From assembly GCA_028023455.1 (NCBI GenBank), contig JAQFVV010000006.1:14756001-14820000 (forward strand): a stretch of DNA of 64,000 bases, given 5' to 3'. The stretch comes from Epiperipatus broadwayi. Lineage: Eukaryota > Animalia > Onychophora. The notes under the pieces were generated by a model, which was not told the DNA's origin, searched no databases, and worked only from the letters and a program-made list of their open reading frames with translations. Position 1 is the first letter of the stretch. Every line of letters begins with the position of its first letter. Made by a program: the position numbers and the translations under genes. Positions 1 through 11,839 of this stretch are shown one piece after another.

Positions 1-522
1 AATGCATGCCAAATGATTGTTTTAAAAATCCCTATTCAGTGCTCTTCTATTTAGTATTCACTGACTGGTTTCTAGCTTATGGCTTTCATCAGTAAGCAGA
101 AATCTTGGAAAAGTGCATTTAGATCTTTAAGGTCTAATGCACTTTCCTGTCCACATTATTGAACAGCATTGTATAAGTTGGAATCATGTGATAGAGTCAT
201 GTGATATAATATAAAATAAACCATCCCAATTTTTACATTACATGTGTTTAAGCCAAATCATTCTTTTCTGCTGTGTGATGATCAAGAAGCATGTTGCAAT
301 ATATTAATATAGCAATATTTAACTTGTTAATTATGTTCAAAATATACTAAGCTTTAATTCGACATTACAGTCGTTAGCTGACTTTCATTATAGATTACAA
401 TTAATCTTTATTACTTATGTAATTTAGCATTTAGAGTAAAAAGTAGTTGATGTTAAGGATATTTAAATATCATAAACAGTAAATCAGATATTTTATGCAT
501 TTCAGGGTTTATGTATCCATAG

Positions 523-665
523 GTCTTGTACCTAAAGTTTTGGTTATTTGTATCAAATACTTACCAAATGAAAACATTGAAGGCCCGTTAGGACTTCTTT
601 CACGACTTATTCTTGGAAATAAAATTTTTGTTTCCCAGTTTGTCAAATACATTCGAGAATATGAG
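523..665 (+). CDS. STK36: Exon of STK36/Fused-like kinase, C-terminal ARM/HEAT region
   Basis: Encodes (G)LVPKVLVICIKYLPNENIEGPLGLLSRLILGNKIFVSQFVKYIREYE, resembling the STK36 segment ELPISLLTRLAL..QFV (recalled). Donor GAG/gtaatt at 665/666, phase 0. Acceptor is catag at 522 or alternatively ttcag at 505. Confidence 0.72.
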
Positions 666-725
666 GTAATTTTTGTTATTTACTATTTTTTTTTTCAAAT
701 AAAGTGCTTTGACTTATTTATTGTT

Positions 726-922
726 AAATAAATAATCAATCAAAATAAGATTGAAATAAACTTATTAATAACTATATTATAATATTTATCGAACCGGCTT
801 TCATCTCCATTGAGAATATTTTGAGAAGGTCTCAATGGAGATGAAAGCCGGTTCGATAAATAGTATAATAGAGTTATTAATAATCATTTATTTCAGTCTT
901 ATTTTGATTGATTATTTATTTA
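726..922. repeat. Long near-perfect hairpin
   Basis: Arms of about 90 bp with loop 816-829. Core ATTTATCGAACCGGCTTTCATCTCCATTGAGA and its exact complement. Confidence 0.92.
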
Positions 923-1321
923 GGTATTTGTGATAACCTTATGGACAAATAATTTCTATTGGTTATTTGAACATATAGTAACTTATTTATTGTGTAAAAT
1001 GTAATTGAATATATCATTCACTCAAAAAAATCCAAAGATGTTTGAGAATTTAATTAATACGATAGGATAACAGTTTCATTTAATTGGTTAATTTGAGTTT
1101 TTTTTGTTTCTTTAATTGAAAATCAGTCTGAAAATTTTTAATTTTGAGCCTTCTATTTATTGTGATTAATTGTCTTTAATATATATATATAATTATAGGG
1201 AGATAAGTAAAATGTTATATATATATAAACAATGAGGATTGCCAATTCCTTAACAAGCTTTGTGATAAATGCTTAGCTAGAGAAAGCATTTAAAACATCT
1301 CTGTCAGGACCCCCCCTCCCA

Positions 1322-1364
1322 ACCTCTGACCATGGTTTCGTGCTCTGGCACTCCTCAGAGAGGT
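1322..1364 (-). ncRNA. Type I hammerhead ribozyme, family B, fully canonical
   Basis: Minus strand reads ACCUCU-CUGAGGA-GUGC CAGA GCAC-GAAAC CAUG GUC-AGAGGU. Stem I is 6 bp and stem II 4 bp, both perfect. Stem III is the palindrome ACCAUGGU. Predicted cleavage after GUC (1328/1327). Confidence 0.92.
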
Positions 1365-2198
1365 GCTAGGGTAGGTTCAGACAAAAACACTAACCCAAAG
1401 CCAAGCATTTAAATAAAAGTTTTCTATTGAGTGGAAAATCTACATGTCTTGAAACCCAGCTATCCAACTCAAATAGCTATATGGGGCTGAGAGATCTTCA
1501 GCCATACCATATATATATATATTGGGATAGATTGTTTTATGATCTACAACACTTACAAATATAAGAAACAGTCAGTATAAGAAAATTATGTATGTATATA
1601 TTTTACAAATTTTGTACGGTTTAGGCGCAGTGGTAGAAGTGTTAAAGTCGAGAGTTAAAGAATTTTGGATCAACGCTAAATGTTCCTTGCAGTGCTTGAA
1701 TATCATATGATCTTTTGAGTTATAAACTATTTGATTATTAATATTCCTAATTTTTATAGCATTTGTATATGACTATAAACACGTGTGCATTTTAACAAAC
1801 GTAAATATAAATTAAGATAGGTTATTAACAATTCGTTTTTGATTTCTACTTATCTATGTATTTACCTTGCAAATATTTGAAATTATGACTGGTATGAGTA
1901 ATGAAATCACTTCCATTATGCACTTCATATAATGCAACAATTTATTTTTCATACAGTTTCTATTGTTTACTGATCTTCCTCAGAGCTGTAATATACACGA
2001 TATATTTGTGTTTCAATAATATACTTTATTGTACGAATTAGATTACATGAATTTGTTGTTAACCAAAGTTATATTGTCGAAAGTACATGGTTTAAAATTA
2101 TATAGCTTTAGAGCAAACAGAAAGAATAATTAAAGAAAGGGATATGTTAAACAAACAATAAGAAAATAGTTGTTCTTGTTACAGAAAAGTCATAATTT

Positions 2199-3000
2199 GT
2201 TTTTTTTTAGGTTATGTTTTGTTTAAAGTTTTTAATAGTGACCATGTAGCAGCAAATATATCTGGATGTGCAATTTTGCCATCTCTGGCCTTTAATTGTT
2301 CAAGCTTCTTTGAGAATGTGGCTGGGTGCTTTGTGGTATTGTCTCCAAGGCAGAAAGTACATCTGGTGCACCAGAGACTATATAAACAAAAAGTTGCTGC
2401 ACGAGCTGCTGGTATTGAGCCTTTACTGAGTATCTCTAATAGGTTATCAAGTGTGATGTTATTTTGTCTATATGTGTTAATCATAATTTCTCGGGTATTT
2501 GTTAGGCCTATGCAGGTATGAAATAGGTGCTGTTGTGTTTCTTCTTCCCTGTGGCATAGGGAACAAACAGCATCAATTTTTTTGTAAAATCTGTGGTATT
2601 TAAGGAAATAGGAGATAGGTAGAGCATGATCATTTACCTTTAAAAGAAAGTCAAAAAATTTGGGTTCCATTGACCACTTTTTAAATCACTGCATTAAAAG
2701 ACTATTGTTCATATTTAGCATAGGTGAGTGAGGATATGTTGTTATGTCTGGGTATTGCATATTATAAATAGTCCAATAGGTGTATCTACCAACACCCAAA
2801 AAAGACACCTGATCATAAATGCTTTGAAGTTGGTTTACGAGCAAAGACAAATATCCGTGTGAAGGTGGTGGTCGGTCTGTGGGTGTTATTTGAAGAATGC
2901 ATTCAAGGGCTGGAAAACTTCTTATCAGTGCAGCTAGGAGTTTGTGAAAAATTTGTATGGAGTGAAGACCTAATCCATTTCTAGTTGTTGGAAGACACGA
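2199..3000 (-). mobile_element. 5'-truncated L1/Tx1-like LINE, 3' end
   Basis: CLPTTRNGLGLHSI motif near 2990-2950, then ORF 2212-2670 with a zf-RVT-type CSLCHREEETQQHLFHTC knuckle. A-rich tail at about 2199-2209. Confidence 0.8.
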
Positions 3001-3056
3001 TATATTTGTAAATACAAATACTATATTATAATAATTTTTTAAAAATAATTAGTGTG

Positions 3057-3580
3057 ATAATGCTCAAGGCTAAATGGGTTTATAAATAATCATTAAAAAA
3101 ACACTCAACACTTAGACAATCCCAATATCAGTAACAATCAATAATTTCAAACTGTTGTCAAGGCAACCTTTTTTTAACAATAAGGATGGAATCTCACCCT
3201 TATTAATGGTCTAATATACTCATATAGATATTTAGCCTTGAGCATTATTACACTTACTATTTAAGTAATACTTTGGGTGCAATTTGAAAATTATGACTGC
3301 AGTTTGTAATATTATAATTGACTATTTATTAGTCTGCATTCAGAACAGGTTATAGTTAGCTATTTAAAGAGATTTATTTAAACTTCTTTGTATCAGTAAT
3401 TTCAATCTCTGTGGTCAAATTGCAATCTTTAATGTCTGTATAAATATATTAGACTATTAATAAGGGTGGAATTCCACCTTTATTGTTAAAAGAAGGTTGC
3501 CTTGACAACAGTTTGAAATTGTTGATATTGTTATTGATATTGGGATTGTCTAAGTGTTGACTGGTTTTTACTGATTATAA
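3057..3580. repeat. Nested inverted repeats
   Basis: About 3095-3225 is inverted at about 3440-3580. 3057-3076 is inverted at 3229-3247. Confidence 0.8.
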
Positions 3581-4384
3581 TAAATTTTATATACAAATCA
3601 AAAGAATACAAAATATTTTTTATACATTCTAAAAACTTCACAAATTTTTCAATATTCTTGAAACATACCATAATTAATATTTGAATAAAAATATTTATAA
3701 TAAATGATTGTTTTTTTTATCAATGTCAGTTTTATTTAATAATTATATATGACTGATAGACACACAGCCATGATTGAATTGTCATTTGGAAAATATAAAG
3801 GTCGATATAATATAATTTTTTGCAAAATATTATATTTTTTATAAGAATATTGGTTAGAAGAAATGATGCCTGATGGCTTACTTATTGCTTATATAAAATG
3901 AGATAATATATATAAAACTGGTTATCTTGTCTGTCAATCAAATGTTAAAAGCTATCCAAATATAACTGGAAATTCATGGTATAGTACTAGTATATTCATC
4001 TTCCTTGCTATGACCTTGTGTTCAAATCTAGGCTAAATGAATCATAAATTTTTTTTAGGTCACAAAAAATAAAAGAAGTTTTTTGTAAGTAACTGGCTTA
4101 TAACAACCTAGTATTTAGTAAATGGATATCTATCTATTGTCAATTAGAAGGTAATGGTTCTTGGTTGATCTATGTTGATTTTCGCCATTGGCAGCAGAGG
4201 TACCTAACTTGTATTGTTATGCTTACCCTGTCTAAATTTTTTATCTATTGCCTGATGCTTTTTTGAAAATAGATTTTAAATGGTGAAATTATATCAGGTT
4301 ATATATCTAAAGGAAAATATGACTTTCTATTGTTCACAGACATCATATCATTACCCTTCTTTATGTGTATGCAAGCTGTTTACA

Positions 4385-4520
4385 CACAAGCAAAACTCTT
4401 CCTACAGTAGTGCCACTTAGTGCAAGCCAGAGTAATCAATGGATGCATAAATCTTCTTGCATCCATTGATTACTCTGGCTTGCACTGTGTGGCGCTACTA
4501 CATGTAGAGATTTGCATGTG
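4385..4520. repeat. Ribozyme-less hairpin made from the family A 3' segment
   Basis: Arms 4407-4447 and 4458-4498 are nearly perfect complements (GCAAGCCAGAGTAATCAATGGATGCA). Other partial family A pieces lie at 10-100(-), 14449-14575(+) and 17491-17571(-). Confidence 0.8.
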
Positions 4521-5775
4521 TGACATCACACTTACAGGAAGAAAGGAACAGACAGGATAGAAACCTGAAGCAGCTATTGTGACCAAATGATAAATTCTTG
4601 GGATTAGATTTTAATGGATAAAATTTTATACAGTCAGATAAAAAATTTGCATATCAATATATTTTTTAGATTATTACAATTTGATCTGCATGTGTCAAGC
4701 CTTTTGCACTCACAACTTTGACATCATCCACTTCAGATACGTACATTAATGATTATCGCTAATCATTTATTAACACTAGAAATTAGTATATCATATGTAA
4801 CCCAGATGTAGACTCTAAATCCAGTTAAAGTTAATATCTACTTTTTATGAATGATAATGGAACTTTAATTATATAAATTAATATAAATTTGTAAAAAAAA
4901 AAAATCATATGTTCAGCTACTTAGGAGATCAAATAACTTTTAAGTATTAAAGAGACAAGATTCCTGTAACAGGTTCATTCTATTAACAGAAATTTTTTAC
5001 CTTTCTTCAGCTAGGACTCGATCAAGGATTCGTTATTCTTTAAGTCTATTATTTTATCCCTGCAGTAAACTGCCCAGGGCAATATGGAAGCTAAATTGTA
5101 TGAAAGAAAAGCATGAGAATTTTGTTTGCCATAATTACTATTGACTAAAGATTTGTGATAAAAAAAATTATGGAATCGAAATTTGAAATTAAAAATATAC
5201 AGTATATTATTAATATTTTGTTAAACTGGTTCTTTTTTGGAAAAAAATATCAAATTGAGCAATAAATCTAAAGAGCATTATTATCCAATATAGTTGACAG
5301 CAGTGGTAAAATGAATGGCTTAAGAATTAAAGGTCTTGTGGTTGGGACATGATATGTTATTTACACAGTTTTAATGGCACATCATCTCCCGAGCATCTAT
5401 CCATTCAATTATTTATTTTACATCTGTATTAATACTTATTTGCAATACATTTTATAAACTACTGTGCGTTTGCAAAAATCTGTTCGAGGCAGTCAAATTC
5501 AGATAAATAATTATTATATTGATATAAAATATGAAAATTGTAATTTGTAAGATATGCATTTTCTAAATAATATAATTATACAATAAGGAAAAGGATAGAT
5601 GGCGCTTCAAATTTCTGCGCAGTTCATTGATAGTAGTATCATTTTACTTCTGTCTACTCTGGATTATCTGTGTAAGCGTGGTATCCATATTTTGAGATAT
5701 TTCTCCAAAACATATATATATGTACATGTACACACAATTTGTAGTAATAAAAGCTTACATTTATTTGTTATATAG

Positions 5776-5908
5776 GCTATTCCATTTCTTCGTAATATGT
5801 TATTCCATCCACCTACATTGTCAATAATGTGTACTGCGATTGCTATATGCAGTCATTTAGTTCGAAGTTCCTTGGAAAATATTCATCTCATACTGATCAT
5901 CTTTGAAG
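5776..5908 (+). CDS. STK36: Exon of STK36/Fused-like kinase
   Basis: tatag/ acceptor and /gttagt donor, 133 nt, phase 0 to 1. Encodes AIPFLRNMLFHPPTLSIMCTAIAICSHLVRSSLENIHLILIIFE, matching the SHxARxSxxHL motif. Phases join both neighbouring exons. Confidence 0.78.
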
Positions 5909-6129
5909 GTTAGTTGTCATTATTTAATAATTTTTTAATATACTTATTCCTGTTGTTATTTACAGTATGCAATTACATTTTTAATAATAATAATAATAAT
6001 GTTTATTAAAATAAATACATTCATTGTATTCATTCATTTAAATACAGGTCAAAAATACAAATGTTATTCTTCTATTAATCCCTAGTTGCGCTTTTACGTA
6101 GAATTTTTTTATAACAATTTAGTTATTTA

Positions 6130-6768
6130 ACAGGCAAAAACTCTCCATATAGTAGTGTCACCTTGTGCTAACCAGACTAATCAATGGATTCCAGAAGGCT
6201 TGTGCATAAAATCCCTATCTAGTGCCTACTCATCCAATATTCCCAGACTAGTTTCTGGCTTGTGGTCTTTGTCAGTGAGGAGCCTAGGATCTGAGAGCAC
6301 TGCACCTAGATTTTAGGATCTAATGCAACCCTCCAGCAGCCACCTTTTATCTCTACTTAACTACAAAACTATGAGAATGAAATTGAAAACACAATAATAT
6401 TTTCAATCTAAGCTCAATAGCTTATGTAGTCATATGGGTCTGAATTTCAATTCAGAACCCATATATTTTGGTGACTTTGGCTCTTTAATAACCATAGCCA
6501 CTATTATCCTATTAGGCAGGATTGGTGTTAAACCACTAAACATCACATGATCACCATCTCATGCTAGCACATGATGAAGGCCACAAGCCAGAAACTAGTC
6601 TGGGAATATTGGATGAGTAGGCACTAGATAGGGATTTTATGCACAAGCTTTCTGGCATCCATTGATTACTCTGGTTAGCACAACGTGGCACTACCATATG
6701 GAGAGTTTTTGCCTGTTTAATAACAGTTATGTGCTAGCATGAGATGGTGATTATGTGATGTTTAGTAT
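6130..6768. mobile_element. Family A HHR retroelement, tail-to-tail fold-back insertion
   Basis: Minus arm with HHR 6241-6281 (CUGACAA, damaged) and plus arm with HHR 6568-6606 (AUGAUGA, 5' strand of stem I lost). 12-bp TSD TTTAGTTATTTA at 6118-6129 and 6769-6780. Confidence 0.85.
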
Positions 6769-6943
6769 TTTAGTTATTTACGTGAAATTTTAAATATCAT
6801 ACAAAATATGTTAATAATAATAGCAACAATAAATTACATTTCAATAATATATTAATTATATAATAAAAATGTAGGGAATTTTATGCAAACATCGCTACTA
6901 GGTTGCACAACATAAATACCTATGTAAGTATACTATACAGAGG

Positions 6944-7560
6944 CTAGTCTGCGGATATTAGATGAGTAAGTACTAGATGGAGATTTTATGCACAAACTTT
7001 TTTGCACCCATTGATTACTCTGGCTTGCGCTGAGTGGTCCTACTGTATGGGGAATTTAGCCTCTGTGCAAACAGCTTGGGTAAGCATAAAGAATGGCGAT
7101 CAGGTGATGTTTAGAGATTTAATACTAATCCTACCCAATAGAATTATGATGGCTCTGGTTATTAAAGAACCAAAGAGACCAAAAAGTATGGATGCTGAAC
7201 TGAGTTCAGATCTATACACAACTATACAGGCTAATGAGCTTCAATTGAAAACATTTTTGTGTTTTCAATCTGGACTCAAAGCTTTACAGTTAGTTAATAA
7301 GGTAAAAGATCGCTGCTGGAGAGTTGCATTAGATCTTAAGATCTAGGTGCAGTGATCTCAGATCCAAGGCTCCTCACTGATAAAATCCACAAGCTAGAAA
7401 CTAGTCTGAGGATATTGGATGAGTAGGCACTAGATGGAAATTTTATGCATAAATGTTCTTGCATCCATCGATTACTCTGGCATGCACTGAGTGGCGCTAC
7501 TGTATGGAGAGTTTGGTCTTTGTGTAAACAACTTAGCATAAAGAATGGTGCTCCTGTGAT
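6944..7560 (+). mobile_element. Family A HHR retroelement, head-to-tail 1.3-mer
   Basis: CTAGTC recurs at 6944 and 7401 (period 457). HHR at 7371-7412 is damaged (CUGAUAA, stem II broken). Confidence 0.85.
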
Positions 7561-7910
7561 ATAAATGTACTATGAATAACTCTGAGTATAAGTCAGTTTT
7601 TCTCAAGCATCCAATTAAGGTAAATGCTGTACATGATAACAAAAAACGCAAAAATAAAGGAGGCATGGTTCATTTCTAATAATCCCCACACTGTCAAGAA
7701 CAACAAAAAAATGGCAATCTATTATACGAAAAGTGGAATATTTAAATGAGTCATTTCCATTAATATCCACCTTATTTAAATCTTGCAACACACCTAAAGA
7801 TTATGAGTGTTATTATTCTGGCCTTAGCTGTCGAAAGTTTAATACGGAATAATCTTCTCTTCTTTAAACGTTAATGATAATAACAATAAATTGCATTTCA
7901 ATAATATATA

Positions 7911-8128
7911 TATATACAAATATTAAGCATTAAATCACCCCACATGGTTAAGAAATCCAGTACTTCCCTCTGTGAAGTAATATATAAAATACATTAGAGT
8001 TTGTATTTCAAAATAGCCAGATCAATTTTGAAATACGAACTCTAATGTATTTTATATATTAGTTCACAGAGGGCAGTACTGGATTTCTTAACCATGTGGA
8101 GTGATTTAATGCTTAATATTTGTATATA
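7911..8128. repeat. Long near-perfect hairpin
   Basis: Arms of about 104 bp with a 10-nt loop at 8015-8024. Confidence 0.92.
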
Positions 8129-9039
8129 TTTATTTCAGTATAGCGTTATGCACTGGGATTATATTATATATATATTAATTATGCATGATATTTTTTCCCT
8201 CTTTAATATATTCTGTAACTTGATTTTTTATCCCCCTACAATGTTGCAAGCTTTTTAATTCAATAAGTAAATTACTGAACAATTTAAGAACATAGTGATT
8301 TGCTTTATTTTCATATTTATTGCAATATTTTGAAACTATGCATGTATCTGTTTTTTTTAGACACATTTCAAATTGTTTTATATAAGGTTTTTTGAAAGTA
8401 CCATCAAAAATTTTTTTCTCTATAATTATATAATCTAGAAGTGGATTGAATGGTAAAATATGATCAATTATTCTTTTTTTGCCGTAATGCTAATCTATTA
8501 ATATATTACTGCTATATATATTTATATATATTGAAATGAGTAGTGCTATATTCATTTTATTACCAGCCATGGGGTCTTCAGTGTTGTGAGGATAGCTTAT
8601 AATTGGAGCATTCTCAAGTTTTATATAAAATTATATAAAATAGAACAAATAGTTTAATGTCAATAATAACAGTTTAACGTAGGTTTGTTAAAAGGGTTTA
8701 AATTTAAAAGAAACTATTAAATTATATAAACTATGCCGAAATTGTTGCTCTTATTAAGGTTAAAAGAATGTAAGGAATGTATTGTGAAATGACTCAGTTA
8801 AGTATACTAGAATTAAAAGAAATAGATTTTAAATAATTAGATTAAAAATAAGTTAATAAAAAGATTTAACCCTATTTTGAGATATGAGATTCAAAAACAA
8901 GAGAAAAATTCATGTTATTAAAATAAAATGAAATCATAAAAGTATTGAAAATAAAGAGATTATCAAAGATGTCAAAAACAAGAGGTCAAACGTATATATC
9001 ATCTTTTTTTTTTTAATTAATCAGTCTGTATTCTTGATC

Positions 9040-10195
9040 TATTTATCATTTATCAGTTTTATACAAAATTTTTACCAATATAATTACAACTCGACTACAA
9101 TGAACTTTGGATTTTAACCAACCAAAAGAAGAAGCTTGATTAAAAAGTGGATTAGCACAGTGGATCATATCTAAGTATTAACAGAAGTTGTAGAAATGAC
9201 CAATGAATATAAGTTACCAATATGCTTTTGATTTTCGGATTATGAAACTGTTTGATTCTATAAGCAATTTCTGTAATGACTACGGTATTAAATCGTCAAG
9301 ATATAGGTCGAAATATTGCCATATTCATACAACAAGATGATCCATATCTCCAAAACTTTGTGCAACAGTTTTACACAAAGTATTTTACAGCTTAAAACCA
9401 TAAGCTAAGGCTAAAGGGAATACAAATAAATGGAGATTATTTAAGTCATGTGCATTTTGCAGATGATGTAATTGTTTTTGCAAATAATGCTTCAAGAAAT
9501 GTTACAAGAATTATCAGACAAAAGTAATAACGTTGGTCTAAATATAAACACTAAAAAAACTAAAGTAATGTTCTGTGAATTTTCCCAAAAGAAGACAATA
9601 AAGATTGATAATGATGAATTTGGAGAAGTTGACAACTTTGAATAATATCTTGATCAGATTATTAATTCATATGGATGAAATTAATCGTAGAATTAAACTT
9701 GGTTGGAATGCTTTTGATAGAAATAACTTAATATTTAAAAAAAAATATGTCTATGTGTTTGAAAAGTAAGATTTTTAAAAATTGTATTAACCAGTTCTTA
9801 CTTATGGATCTGAGACTTGGACATTTAACACAAAATCAATAGAGAAACTTCAGATCACTCAATGAAGCATGCAGATGTGTGTGTCAGGCGTAGCAAGAAG
9901 GGATTGAAAACAAAATACATGGGGGTTAGAGCAAACAGCTATTACTGACATCATTGAAAGAATTAAAAAGACTAAAGTTGAGTTGGGTTGGACATGTTGA
10001 TAGAGAAGATGATAATAAATGGATAATTGAAATTTTAAACTGGATTGCAAGAATCTGTAAAAGATCTAGAAAGAAATAGATGGATGAAATAAAGAAGTTT
10101 CCTAATGTGGTGTGGAGAAGAGAGGTTAGAGATTAGAGAAGGTGGATTAACCCCTTGAAGAGACCTACAATGTATTAATTATGGTTGAAACTGAT
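9040..10195 (+). mobile_element. RTE-clade LINE relic (RT to 3' end)
   Basis: Decayed RT motifs (HVHFADDV, LTYGSETWT, LSWVGHV..EDDNKW) and the RTE-type 3' end. Confidence 0.85.
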
Positions 10196-10219
10196 CATGA
10201 TTATCATTAATCCTTGCAA

Positions 10220-10886
10220 TTTCATCTTTTAGTTTTGTTTTCTAATTCTGCATTGCTCCGTCTGATCAAAAGCATTTTGTATGTCCATATAAAAATCCTC
10301 TACTTCTTCATTAGAATGAAAATTTGATATAACATAAACTTTAAGTATCTGCATTTGGTATTTATTATTAATATCTAATCTTGCTTTTCGTCCTGCTATA
10401 CTATCAATTTTCTTAATGTTGGTTTTTTGGGGTTTTATTTATAACAAATCCTACATCATTAGTGCTTCTAATATTTGAGCATTTAGGATAAACTGTTCAA
10501 ATCGTTTCTTGACTTTTTTTTGTTTCACAATATCCAACAATGTCTAATTAATATGTGACAGTTCTTCTAATTCATGAAAATCTTTGTTCATTTGAAATTC
10601 ACATCGGAGATAGTTAAATAAAAGAACAACATCTAATGGTATTTCATATAATCTCTAATATCATTTTTATATCATATGGTTACATCGTCATATTACTCTT
10701 CATTGTTTAGCAATGGCCGATTGGAGTGTTAGGACCATAGTTCATGATCCAGTTCTGTTATTTCCAGTGTTCAAACTTGTTATGAACTCTCGAACAATAA
10801 GCCATTTGTGTATGGGTGTCTGTCTGAAGGCAGATGGAATTAGATGCAAAAGTACTACAAGAAAGCAGTAACACTTGATCACTCTC
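10220..10886 (-). mobile_element. RTE-clade LINE relic (5' UTR and APE endonuclease)
   Basis: Minus strand reads DIVGYCETK, VGFVINK and SNEEVEDFYMDIQNAFDQ, typical of the RTE endonuclease. Confidence 0.72.
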
Positions 10887-10965
10887 AATGATAGTTGTTT
10901 TTTTATTTACTAAAAGCAGTCAGCAAGAGTGTGAATTTATTTTTTAAAGAATACTTAGCAGATGT

Positions 10966-11232
10966 AAAAATAATATTAATATCATCTATGTTCTTTATTA
11001 CTTTTTACAAAACTTTTTTACAATCCACTATTGACAGTTTTGATTGCCCCAGCAATCTTCATCAGAACTATAACAAACACAATACAGATACATGTATACA
11101 AATATACATGAACATGTGTATTGTGTTTGTTACAGTTCTGAAGAAGATTGCTGGTGCAATCGAAACTGTTAAAATGGGTTGTAAAAAAGCATTGTAAAAA
11201 GTAATAAAGAACATAGATGGTATTAATATTAT
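10966..11232. repeat. Family D fold-back element
   Basis: Inverted arms of about 105 bp, each ending inward in an HHR-like core (11028-11070 minus, 11133-11175 plus). Confidence 0.75.
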
Positions 11233-11513
11233 ATGGATTTGGCAATGCAATATGAAAGATAAAATTGTACAAATAGATAGAGAGAAATGAAAATTCAGTT
11301 TATTTCGAAAAGGCATGATATTTGGTGAGGGGAATGATGGCTTCATGAGATCTCTATAACTGTAAGAAATGATGGGCTTAGAGTTTTCTCTGAATTTAAG
11401 AAGTAAATCTGCAGACATGGTTACAGACACACATACATATATAAAATACATAAACTGCTAAATTCAGCACATTGCTTAAAACAAAAAAAAGCACATGTAA
11501 AAAGCAAACAATC

Positions 11514-11555
11514 CCCAAGATGCATTTCTGGCAGAACTTGCCATCATCAGTAGGC
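11514..11555 (-). ncRNA. Type I hammerhead ribozyme, family C subtype, core intact
   Basis: GCCUA-CUGAUGA-UGGCA AGUUC UGCCA-GAAAUGCAUC-UUGGG. Stem II is 5 bp, stem III is the palindrome AUGCAU, the cleavage triplet is AUC, and stem I has a U-U mismatch. A decayed paralog lies at 12654-12696. Confidence 0.78.
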
Positions 11556-11839
11556 TCAGTTCTGTAGCAGCACATATTTTCACCATCATAGTTTAGTATT
11601 TGTCCATAGTTGGCATCTATATTTCAGTTTCCAAGTGTGACTCCACTTAAATGTACTCATTTTGATGATATTGTCTAGGATGAATATTAATTCTTATTTC
11701 CTAGTCATTTTTTTATTGGGTTGTAAATTGTTATTTAATTTTCTATCCCAACTATAAACTTTAAACCTGGTAAAGATTAATATATTGCTTATTAAATTCC
11801 AGCATGAAATCATACAATTATTGTCTTTTCCAGATTATA

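Noticed and set aside
5011-5043. Acceptor followed by LGLDQGFVIL*
   Set aside because: It would terminate the STK36 frame, which continues properly at 5776.
7002-7666. ORFs of 64-114 aa overlapping family A copies (also 22996-23220 and 26645-26863)
   Set aside because: Chance frames in a non-coding repeat. The frame is not preserved between copies.
10895-11451. Three overlapping ORFs of 84-127 aa
   Set aside because: They arise from the family D palindrome and low-complexity AT-rich sequence, with no protein motif.
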